From Lepidodermella squamata (taxonomy: Eukaryota; Animalia; Gastrotricha): a stretch of DNA of 64,000 nt. Under the pieces are notes generated by a model. It did no database searches. It was not told where the DNA came from and saw nothing but the letters and a program-made list of their open reading frames with translations. The first letter of the stretch is position 1. Each line of letters opens with the position of its first letter. The stretch spans positions 1-64,000 of the forward strand of contig JBLDXI010000060.1 of the NCBI GenBank assembly GCA_047495785.1, given 5' to 3'. The position numbers and the translations under genes are program-made. Below are positions 34,797-46,606 of the stretch, in pieces.

Positions 34797-37700
34797 ATGA
34801 CGAAGCGATTTCTCATAACATTGAAGATCTTAATATTGGCGATCATCGCCAGGGTGTCAAGCTTTGGGTCCCCGTTACTCCTAGTGCCTTACAATCGTCA
34901 ATATGGCACGCGAAATCTTGCCAATGGGTCGAAGTCTTTCGTTATTGACGAAGATCACGCGCCGTCAGCTCGACCCATGGAACAATCAGGTCCGTTTGGT
35001 TACCTCGAAAGTGCTTATAGCACTTGGGAAAACATGTTGTCTACCTATGAATTGAACAAACGTTTCTTCAAAACCCGTCAGCTCACGCTGGCCTTGTTCT
35101 TCTTTACGTATGCCTCTTCACCATCGGTAACAACTGCGCCACGAGGCATCGTCAAGTTCGGTGATTACGATTTCACCTTGTACGTCAAGTTCTCAGTCGA
35201 CAATTTCAGTGTCGTAATCGGCGCGAAGCGCGACATGCAACTCATCTCTAAAAATATCGATAATGCATGGCAGCCGAGGAAATGGCACTTTCTAGCGATA
35301 GTTAGCTACAACAAATCTCACTTTTCAGTGTTCATGGGCATCGAGCCCAATTACGAACTCTTACAGCTAGCCACGCTTGGCATGCAGGCGTTTAACGAGC
35401 CGGGATATCATTCTGCTAAACTTTCAACAAAGTACATCCTTGAAGTTGGTTACCAAGATGTGGAACTCAATGAGCATCTTCAGGTACATTTTAGTATTAG
35501 CTATTAAAATTATTTCGGAACGAACTAAACTGAGTCCTCAGTCAATTTGGCAGGAAAATATCCATTCTTTCGTTCATTCTTTAGTCCATAATCGTCGCTA
35601 ATGTCGACATAACAGAAGGATTTTCTTGCTTTGTTTGCTACAACACTTCCCTCGACATCAATCAATTGGCTTCCATTGTCAACAGCTGTCGTAGCCTAAA
35701 CGAAGCATTGCTGTCGAAGCAAATAGGTTGTGCTAACTTGACTCGACTTGTTAAATTAACCAAATAATGCCTGTTCTAGTTCGAATAGTTGGAACTATGG
35801 TATACCATGGCGTCGACAGTTCACAAGATGTGGCTGACCAAAATAACCGACAGATTTTGACAACCAGTCGAGTGATCAAAGAACAGGTATGACAACGAAT
35901 TTAACTACAGTAACGTAAATACCGAATTGAAAGGCAGGAAAATAGACCTCCTAAGAGTCTGAGCCCTGTTTTGCATCGATCATGTCCAGGAGGGTATTAA
36001 AATTGTCCGGAAATGCCCTGCGTAAAAGGAAAGGCAATGATTCGGATTTTGCGGTAGCCGGTAGCATTACCTTGATAGATACCGTATTTGTTCCTATAGC
36101 AGCCTATAGCTACTAAAATTTCGACCTCGAAATTTTGATTTTGTGAAAAATAATTGTTGGCTAATCGTTTATTTTTGAGGTTTTCGAACCGACTTGACCC
36201 CTCAACCCTGGGCTACTATTAGGGATGGGCGATTGTTAGTGGATGGGCTACTATTGCAACAAATACGGTATTGTTCTCAGCATTAAACTCAGCATATACA
36301 TATTCCTAAATGAGAAATTGAGTAAGTAGAAATTAAGAATTTCGTCTTGATAAATATAGTTTCCGATTCAGTCGTAAATAACATGTAATATCTCGAGTCA
36401 AAGTATACACGTGCTGGCCATGTAATAACTCTGTATAACCCAGTTGAACGAAAACCTGAAAGGCGCTTCTCATGGAACACCGAACTCGCTCATATCAAAG
36501 TTGGAGAAGGGCAATGGCAACAGTTTAGTTGCAACGTTTGCCAGCATTATCGAGCGAGCATATCCTTTTGATGGCAATCTTAGCGAAGAGGCTGTGTTGA
36601 AGGAAATCGGCTTTTTGATAGCAAATAGCAACATCTCGCTTGCATCTGCAACTCAAGGTGAGTTTAGAAAGCTTTCGCATCCACCGCGTAATTAATGCTC
36701 ATATAATTTACAGCTGTGTCTATGCCCAGGTCCTTCTCGTTAGTTGGCTTCTGGCCTGTAACAACGTTTCATGGGTTCTATGATTTTGGTTCTCGCTGCC
36801 TGGCGAGCACCCCTTTGATTCAAAATCCTCCCAAAGGCGAAAGGTTATTTTCGTACGCTGGCGTGTGGTACAATGCTGAAGTTTTCGAAGTGGAGGATGT
36901 CAAGATACCAATGCGTTCTTCTTCGGGATTTACTTTGACCTTCTACTACCAAAGAAGCAAATTTTTCTCGGAAAAATGCGGGATAATTGAATTTCACCCG
37001 AATTCAATTAGCTTCGGATATCAGCATACCGATATATTAGTCATCAAATTACCTGGTTTTGTTATAACAGCACCCGGAATTTTCCCTGTATCGGAATGGA
37101 CCTTTGTAGGAATTGTTTTTTCCGTTGAGCAAAATACACCGTGGCTAACAATTTTCAACAATTTCACATCGGTGTTTACAGTAGAACAAGCACCGGGCGA
37201 TACTTCAGCTGCGAAATGGTGGTCTTCGGTGTCAGGATTTACCGTGGGCTCATCCAACGGATTCTCCTCCAACTGGACAATGGCGCATAATGCAATCGCA
37301 GGTTTGACGATTCACGAGAGTAAGCTGAGTCGGGACGAATTATTCGCTGTTCAAGATGCTATGCGCTACATCGTGTCTCGAACGACTTGTGGCCTAACCC
37401 TCTTGTATTATCCGCCAGTCATCGCTTCTCCTGTAACACAGCCAACCGATGCGAGAACTGGAGAATTTCCATTCATCGTCTATTCAAGCTCTTGCATTGG
37501 AATTGTGCTGTCCAACAGAGTGTTGATCACGAGTTCTTCCTGCGCAAAACTGCTCAATTCCTCACAGTTATCCGACAGTTTTAGTGGAGTCACCATAGCC
37601 CGTTTCAGAAAATCTTTCGAGAATTCAAATAACATTTGCCTACCAACTTGCTGCGAAGAAAACGTCCTATGGGACGATGATGCTTATGTCGTGGGGCTAC

Positions 37701-39391
37701 CCAGGCGTGACGCCGAATATGGCTACATTTCTGGCATATTGCTACCACAAACCAACTGTTCTAAAACTATCGATGAATCTCAACCAACAAACGGATCGGT
37801 GTTTTGCTTTGAAGCAAAATTTACGAACATCTCTCCATGTGATGTAATGCCTGGTTCTGCTTTGTTGCTTATAATTGATAGCAACAATGTAACGCAGCTG
37901 GGAAAGAGATTTGTCCTGGTAAGTCCTTGAACATCCAGATTCCAGATTAATCAATGAATATATCAATGTGTATTTGATTTCACATAGATTGGAATCTTCC
38001 TCAAGGAGCTCAACCCAAAATGCGAAGCTGGATTTCCCATCAAGTTTAGGAACGTCTATTCAATGATGGATAGAATAAAAACCACAGCTGGATGTCTTTC
38101 TGTCCCTGCTAACCAGCCCTGTCCTTACATTTATGAACTGAAAAATGACCCTGAGACTGGAGGGGAAGTAAATGAAGAGAAGCTGCCCGAATTCGGAACA
38201 ACAACGCCGATATTTGATCAGCAGAATTACACAGGTTTTCTTGAATCTAAGCTTCTTCGAGAAATTCCTATTTTTTCTGTCAAAATAGTCACACTAGTCG
38301 CAATTATTCTAGGCGTTCTGGCAATGATGGGGATAATCATCGTGATAAGTGTGGTGTTATACAGAAGGCGAACCAGGAAGTTTGTGAAAAGGCTCATCGT
38401 CATGCCATTTTCTCGCAACACTGCTGCTGCTTCAAACTACATTGAAGCAATTGCTGATTTAGCTAGCCTTTTGAAGGACGTGCCCGAGGCAGAACAACTA
38501 ATAGAGCAGTTCCAACCTATTAGCATCGATCCGGGCAGGATCCAGCTGCAAAATTACGTCGGAGAGGGGCAGTTCGGATCAGTTCATCGTGCCAGCCTCA
38601 GAGACACTGATGACAGTGAAATTGTGATCGCGATCAAGAGCGTCAAGCCAGGTTCTGTAACAAAGTTAACAGATTTCATGAAAGAGGCGCTTATCATGAA
38701 AGGATTTTCCCACCGTAACGTCCTAGCATTGATCGGAGTAGCGGCCCTCAACAGCCAACCATGCATCGTCGCTCCATTTATGGCTAAAGGCAGCCTGGAC
38801 CAATTTTTGAAGAAATCAGATGACGAATCAGATGAAAACACACTAATCGACTACTGCTTCCAAATTTGCCAAGGAATGGTCTACCTGTCCTCGAAAAACT
38901 GCCTGCATCGCGACCTCGCCTGTAGGAACGTTCTGGTCTCAGATGATTTTGTTTTGAAAATAAGTGACTTTGGAATGTCTCGCATCCTAGACAGCGATGA
39001 TGTTTATTACAAGCTGCACAACGGTGGCGGTAATTTGCTGATACCGATTCGATGGTACCCTCCCGAGTCTATCGAGCAAATGAAATTTGGACCAAAAAGC
39101 GATGTTTGGTGTTTCGGTGTAACTATGTGGGAGATATTTACCGGTAAATTGAATCGATTTCCACCAAAATAAACTTCAAACTTTGCTCGCGCAATAGGAT
39201 GTAAATCGATTCCGTATGGAGGATTGGCTACTTCTGCAGTCGTTGTCCGAATCACGACTGGTGAAGTGCTGGAAAAGCCGCCGAAATGTTCCGAACTGTT
39301 TTACGAGAAAGTCATGAAGAAATGCTGGCGAGAGCTGGCGAAAGATCGTCCATCATTTCAAGAACTCGAAGAAATGATTCAACAGCCTTAA
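34797..39391 (+). CDS. Receptor tyrosine kinase with a LamG/pentraxin-like, SEA-like, LamG-like and inactive trypsin-like ectodomain
   Basis: Signal peptide. Exons are approximately 34797-35483, 35585-35726, 35780-35886, 36444-36657, 36714-37918, 37988-39142 and 39198-39391. TM IVTLVAIILGVLAMMGIIIVISVVLY-RRR. Kinase motifs GEGQFG, IAIK, HRDLACRN, DFGMSR, PIRWYPPE, SDVWCFG and CW..RPSF. Confidence 0.9.
36082..36268. mobile_element. Second copy of the 187-bp CCGTATTT MITE, in an RTK intron
   Basis: TA|CCGTATTTGTTCC...GCAACAAATACGG|TA, similar throughout to 9489-9675. Confidence 0.85.
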
Positions 39392-39773
39392 ATGGCTAAT
39401 CCAAAAGACGCGTTGATCTATATTCAATAATTTGTTGTGAATGAGATTGTTTTGTTTTTGATTGTTTTGTTTAAAATTTTGATTTATTTTGATGTAGAGC
39501 GTTCTTACATTTTCACCGCTTAGGCTCAAATTCAAAAAGAGCTGTTTCATAAAGATAGAGGCTATTGTCTGCTGGATATTTTTGTGTTAGGAATAACCGG
39601 TTAAGAGCTTTGTTTTGTTCACTTATTGCCGGCTTTAGTAGTTTCGAGTCGCATGATAATGAACACATCTTGACGTATTATTAAAAGACTTTATTCATGC
39701 AGTGTATAGTAAAATTCATGTGAAAAATTTCTATTTTTTTATAAGCAGTACCATGCATACTTATCATGCCTTA

Positions 39774-40721
39774 AGGTGGGTTCACTAATGTGCGACAGGT
39801 ACGACAAGTGTCGTACCGTCGCATGCGACTGTCGCAGCTCTGTCGCATCAAATCCGCGGACGACAGCCGAGGGATAGTCACAGTCGTATGCGCACAAAAC
39901 AATGACACGCGCGGGCGCTGAGACAGTGTCGCGCGCGGCTGATTTTTATATGAAAGGAAACCAAATTTGCAAAAAACTTGTCCAACTAAGTTTTTAACCA
40001 GAAAAATCGTTATTTTCGACATCAGTTACCCCATTTCCGCGTATTTTCATCGAAATTTGATAATTTTAATTATTTTCACCTAGCACGGCACCACCTCGCG
40101 GATTATTGAGGGCGCTAACAACTTTTTTATTTAAATTTATTAAGGAAGAAATTCGTAGTCATTTGATAGAGAATTGTTTCAGTTTTAATTTGGTATAAAA
40201 GCCGCCATTGTTTTCGAAATTAGATTTTTGACATTTTAGTGCGCGCGGCCACCGTTTTGTTAAAAATTTTGATGTGGTGTTTCGCGCCTTAGAGTAATAG
40301 TGCGTTGTCTATTCCTCCAGGTTTCGCGCACAAGTCCACTGTTATACTTCGATTGCGCGCTTGAAGTGGACCGAACTAGGACGTTGTTTTACCTGCTGTC
40401 GGACGATTCTAAGCTGTCGTGTCGCACACGCGAAATTCCACCAAAATCGCGCGTGCGATGCGACAGGCCAGGTCCATGCGACAAAATCCTTTGTTTGAGT
40501 GCGCGCGCCCTAGTCGAATCTTGTCGCACGTGCACATTGTTCTCTGACTAGCGTTTATGAACACTCGGCGCGACTGTCGTACGAAACGCTGATGCGACGG
40601 TACGACGCGCGACAACGTCGGATAGTATATGATATATGAACAACGATTTTCGCACCCGACAGTGCGACGGTCGTATGCGAAATATTCGTATCCGAAAATT
40701 CGCACATTAGTGAATCCACCT
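39774..40721. mobile_element. PIF/Harbinger-type MITE, about 950 bp
   Basis: TTA|AGGTGGGTTCACTAATGTGCGA ... TCGCACATTAGTGAATCCACCT|TTA, with many subterminal TGTCGCA/TGCGACA repeats. Confidence 0.85.
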
Positions 40722-40748
40722 TTATTTTACAGCTCTAAAATACAAGTA

Positions 40749-42302
40749 CTACCATAGGTTGAAACATCTGGTTCCGATTTCGATCGCTCCTCGCGATCGC
40801 AGCAGATCAGCTGCTTCGTTCCTATTCTCACATAAAGCCTGGTCGAGAGGTGCACGGCCATAATTATCTACGACGTCCATCTTTGCACCTACATCGAGCA
40901 AAAGTCGAATAACCTGAACGTTCCCTTTCGAGGCCGCAATATGCAATGCCGTCTTTCCGTCGACATTTCTGACTTCAAACGAGGCTTTCCGTTCTAGCAG
41001 TAGCCTCACAACCTCGACCTGCTCTGCGTTAGCCGCATGCATCAACGCTGTCCAATTTCCATTATCCAAGGAGTCGATTGGCGCATTTCGGTCGAGCAGC
41101 AGTTGGACAATTTCGACGTAGCCACGAAGAGCAGCCCGGATCAACGGCGTGTACCCAAAGAAATTATCCCTATCATCGAGCCTCGCCTTGCGGTCAAGCA
41201 GCAGTCGAACAACCTCGAGATGCCCAAAGTCGGTCGCAGCCATCAGCGCCGTGTAATTATCACTCATCGCGGCATCGATCACGGCGTTGTGGTCGAGAAA
41301 CAGCCGAACAACTTCGGCATGGCCATTCTCGGCAGCTAGAATCAGCGGCGTATTCGCATTGACATCAGCACCGCGATCCAGATACAGCTGAGCGATTGCA
41401 AGCCGCTGGTTGCGTTGTTGATCACCACACTGCAGCAAACGGTGTAACAGCGTAAGATTAACAATCGTGACAAAAATGCGCCTGCAAGATCCGGATTCGT
41501 TAGGATTGCGCCAGTTCGGGTTGAAGTTGCCGCCGCTAATTGTGTCGATCTCAGCTACGATTCGCCGCACTTGCTCAACGTCAGCGATCCGGCCCGTTGC
41601 ATTCCACAACTCAAGATACTGCTCGACAATGAAATTAAAATCTTGACAAATATGATTTTGGAGTTCAGCTCACCAGTTGCAGCTCTGAAATGCATTCGCC
41701 AAGCTGCGACCACGTTGCGTTTTCAAGGCACTTAACAATTGTGTCTCCGCGTGGCATAAATTTCCGGTTGCAGGTTATGTTCCGAATGGCTCCTATGATT
41801 GACGGGCCTGAATTCACGAATCCGCCATCTATCGAAATGGGTTGTCCACAGTCTGAAGTAACAAATCGTAACAAGATCAACAACTCAAAGCAGTGCCTTC
41901 GTTTTTCTAATATTTTTCTATAGATATAAATTTGAAATTGTGAAATGGAGATGACTATCCAAAAGCCTAAAATTCCGCCACTTCGCTTCTTGTTGCCTGA
42001 GGACATATTTACTTACCTGTTGGATTACAGCTGCCGTTTATCATTGGGTGGAAGGGTGGTAGGCATGTCGCATTAGTAACGGAGGAGGAGTACGAATAGC
42101 CGGAGTTGCATTTTACACTCACCATCTCGCCAATCCCCATTACAGCCCCAGGACTCACAACTTTGTCAGTATCTTCTAAGGTTACAAATCCTCCAGGGAC
42201 TTTCGGCACGATGCATGACTGCTGGAGACCGGATGATCTCGCTAGATCTTGCGCAAGAACTCCTTTGGAAATGAGTATAACAAACGTGATGAGAAGTCGC
42301 AT
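40749..42302 (-). CDS. Signal peptide + 2 sushi (CCP) + about 6-7 ankyrin repeats, about 444 aa
   Basis: Exons are 42302-42017, 41852-41674 and 41618-40749. Introns are 164 nt (phase 1) and 55 nt (phase 0, GTGAGC..GCAG), giving one continuous frame. Ankyrin repeats include TPLILAAENGHAEVVRLFL and TALHIAASKGNVQVIRLLL. Confidence 0.75.
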
Positions 42303-42781
42303 TTTAGAAGTTATTTCAAGAAAGCAAGCGTGGTTACAGTTCAGAACCGGAGACTTACACATCATGTTTTTATCCGCTGTTAAACTCGCCTATACGTGTG
42401 GCGTGTTTTTTCTTCAGCTATTGTTTAAGGTTGATTCATTAGGATGATGATTCATCAGTAGATCCTAGTGTTAGGATGTTGATTATTTTGTTGATCCTCG
42501 TGTCCCAGACTCGAGTCTGCAGCATATCTAATTCACAGTTGAAAGAATAAGTAATTCTTTATTAAGGGCTTCAAGTTGATATTAATGAACGAAAAATGAG
42601 CTGGCTCTAGGAAACAAAAATGAAAATGAAAAAAGGTGGACTGTGTTCCAGTACACCTTTTTCATTTTTATTTTATTGTGCTGTTAATGGATGTTCAAGG
42701 ACAACTAAAAAGGTTTTCCGTTCGTTCATTCAACAACTCGCCTATTTTCCTACATTCCGTCATCCCACTCAAGTCCCGTTT

Positions 42782-45525
42782 TTAGAGGGAAAGAATTGTC
42801 ATCAAGAATAAACAAGCAACAGTTTGATTCAATGCACAAGCAGAGTTAGGCGTTTGAACTCTGGGCTTGCTTGGTTCAGTTTTAGCATCAAGCGGCGGCT
42901 GAACAGATGGTGGGAGAGGCGTTGGCCCATTCACTCGAACCAAAGAGACTTGTCCCAAACGAGTGGTAGGAAGCCCTTCTGCCATATCAACCGTGCTTTC
43001 CTTCAGCTTATTAACAGCTACTTCAACTTTGGCCGCTATTTGATCTTCAGTCAGCTGAGTCAAACTCCTCAGAGCAACGATATAATCCGCTATAATGCTT
43101 CCTTTCCTGAACCCTACAATCGTGAAGGTTGTTATAGCCCAGCCATTAGCTGTAGCCACTTGATTCATAATCTTTTGGATACCGGGTGAAATGTAAGTTG
43201 CAAGAGCTTGGAATACGGCTGAACTCGGGTCATTCAAGGACGGATCCCAAGGATCACTAGTAACATCGAGCCAAATATCAGGTATCGTCAAATTGTCCCC
43301 AGTTATGCTCAGATTCATAAAGAGCTCGTACTTGAAAGGCAAAGCTGGGTAAGGATCCGCTGTAGTGGCCACCGCTGTAGATCGGAACGATGTTGTTGCT
43401 GATGGTGAGGCAGTAGACGTCGGGGTACAGACAGAAGTTCCATTACTCATATAAAACTTGGCCTGGTAGAAGTATATCGGCGGAATATCAGCGGCAAGGG
43501 TGTATGGTAAATCAGCCGCAATGCCATATCGCAGGTATTGGGTGATACAGCTAAAATCGGTCACGTTTCTTTGAATGACCCGCACAGCTCTGTCAGCTCT
43601 TTGCACGAAAACGTAGAAGGAGTTGCCTGCTTTTTCGATAATCACAACTTCAGGCTTGAAGGCTAGTGCTGCAGATGTTTCCAGAGAAATTTTCGCATTG
43701 CTAACGGGATCTCGGGAGTTGAAGGTCATTTGCTTCGTACTGAGATCATACCGCACTGAAATCCCGAAGAAATTTGTATCGTTCACGTTTAACGGTCTAT
43801 TTTTGAAATCTCCAACATCGAGTTCAACGGTTAATTTGTCAGCTACAACATAAAACTCGGCAATGCCACCATCCCCGTCCGCAAACACTTGAAATTCGAT
43901 GCGCCAATCTTCTTTTGAATTCATGAACTGCAAAAACGCCTAATTAATTGATGATTCACCGAATCTCTACATACTCTGTAGGACCAGACGGAGCCTTGTT
44001 GACCGACAAATGCCAGCCTCATAGAGAGTCCAGCCTCGGTATGTGTCGCAGCTCCGCGGAGATAGAGTTTATCTTTCGTTAGTAAGTTCAATTATTTTTG
44101 AAGGGAAAGCCTCGCAAACTCACGATTGTTGGCGATGCTTGATGATTTCGCCGCGTCATATTGCCACACTGTGTCGGGGACAGCTTTGATTTTTGGAGAG
44201 ACGGTAGATATCGCTGGAGGATAGCAATATATATGGTTTTGACATGAAATTCAAAAATATTTAGAACACACTCATCATGCAATGCCGATACAAAATTTCA
44301 GCTGATTTCTCGTCAACATGCGCGGTATTGAAGATACTGATGCATGCGATTCGCGCATTCGGGCTTCCGAACTCGCCCTGGTTCCTGAAACAGAAAAACT
44401 AGAAACTAGAATTTACGGGGATCCAATAGTCAAACCTATGGCCAATATACAAATCCGAGGTAGCAGAAGAGTTGAAACTCCAGTCGCTGACAACAGATCT
44501 GAAGGTCGTGTACGAAGTAGTGCCTCCAGCCATGTTTACAACTGCTAGTTTTGCGTTACCAATAGCTATCAAGCAATACGTCCAAGTATTAGGATCCGTC
44601 AACGGGGCTCTATAAATGTCATTGTATCGGTGGATGATAAGCTCATTCGCTTCATATCGTACAGCGACATTGTTGAGCCCCGAATTATCGATGCTGATCA
44701 ACCAACTGTAAGCGCTTGTTTTAAACAGGAAACCCATCGACCAGCTTTGCCCGCCAACCCCAGTCAATTGTTTGCCATAGACGTAGTCTGAATCTGTGGT
44801 GCCAAGAATCAACCCGGTCATAGGAAAATCTCCAGTTGGAGTCTCAATGCTCATTCTCCCAGAAACTTGCATATCAAGTAATTTTCCAATAGGTGTACTG
44901 AAGTTCGTATCGTATGTGAGCGGTCTAAAAACGACGAGTGATGAAGGGCTGAATACCAAAGGCTGGCCACATGTTGAATTTCCGAGGCTCGGTAACCAAT
45001 TGCCGTTTAAACATGTTATCTCTTTGTAATACCCATTGTAACAGATTGTTCGAAACACCATCAACGCCGGCTTGTCGTTATTCTGAGCTGGGTATATACC
45101 GCTCCATTTGCCATTGGAGGAGCTGATGAGGTTGCCAGCTGTTACCACCTGGAAACCACCTTTACAAGTTTTGTTGTAAACCCCATCGTTGCCTAATTGA
45201 GAATTTATATAATATGCCCATTAAGTATACATATCACATTGAAATATTTCTTACTGAATTCACTGCAAGATGGCGTATTTCGGGACCACTTTCGATTGTC
45301 CATGCATTTTAGTGCACTGAAGTTTGGCGAAGAGGTGCAGCTCAGTTTAATCTCAGTTCCAACGTAGAACGATCGATTAGTAGCTATGTTGAAGGGCACG
45401 TAGGTGTAGCGCAATGCCAGGCTGAAAACGCCCGACATTCGAGCATCATTTACAGCTGTCCATTGACACTGCTCAACAGCCGTGGAGAAGCTAACACTCA
45501 GAATCACGAAAACCAAGCTAAGCAT
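42782..45525 (-). CDS. SEA-family paralogue D
   Basis: Signal peptide MLSLVFVILSVSFSTA. Closest to C. Motifs WRIEFQV and VGFRKGSIIADYIVALRSLTQLTE; GPI-like end. Confidence 0.85.
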
Positions 45526-46606
45526 GTTCGTTTCAGGATTGTCTAGTAAAAGCCGTCTCGCGGTTTACACGCCTATGATTGATTTTTCCATCGAAGTGGC
45601 ATTCTCATTATATCCTCATTTTAATTGCTTTATTTTAATTGGAATATTTTTTAAATGACATTGAGCGTTTGTGGAACGTAGAACTATTGAAAAAGTAGGA
45701 TTTCGAGTGAATCTTTATTTGATGACTATAAGTATTTTAGGTGAGACAAAAATGCAGAAATGCGAGTTATCATTCGCCTCTGAGAATTTGCCTCGCGAGC
45801 ATTTGAGCCCAGATGTAGAAGCCAACTTGGTTGTTACACACAGCACGGGAGCCCAGCATTTCTATGCAACGAGCCATGCGACGCCGTTGCATCTCTTCTC
45901 GCTGAAGGCGGTACAGTTTAGCCAGACCTACAGCATCATTGTTTCGAACTAATATCTCGACCACGGTTTCTTAGGAAAAAATTGAAATAAAGCTATGCAG
46001 TGGAGAGATTTGGTTGAAACTTACTTAACTGATCCAAATCCGAGAATTGCGAGGCGGAATATTTTGCTAACAAGAAGAGAACGACTAGAAAGATTTTGTG
46101 GGCAAATGGAGCCATTGGGAATGGTTATGAATCGAATAGGTTTATGAAAAGGGTTGAGATATTACCTAGATTACTAGCTTAAATCAGGCTTACACAAGTG
46201 CGGGTGTCCTAATAACTGTATCGCGTTTTGGTCACTCTGTAGTATCACGTGGGAGGATTGCGTTACGAAAAACGCAAACTTTTTTACGACTCTGTCCTCG
46301 CGTACTCATTTCCACTCAAATTATACTAGGTTCTAGGTTATTCGAGTCTGAAAATCGATAATCAGTGTGCGAAGTAGAATTCTGAAGCTGGGATGTTTTG
46401 AAGTCGAAGAAACCCCATGAACTTATCCGACCCTGGCTGACCATCCTATTCATCCTTTTTATTGTGCTAACCTTGAGTAACAACTTTCTTCTTTTTGTAA
46501 CAAACACTTAATTTAAAAAAAACATAGCAGATATTTAGAAAGCTTAGTGAAACAGTACAAGTAAACCCATAACTTTAATTATACAAATGAAAATAGAAGT
46601 TGAAGT

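Noticed and set aside
1085-34797. Spliced-leader trans-splicing suggested by acceptor-like AG just before several ATGs (1091, 3495, 12646, 34793)
   Set aside because: Ordinary 5'-UTR introns explain it equally well (e.g. a donor at 22001 upstream of the 22079 gene). It cannot be decided without transcripts.
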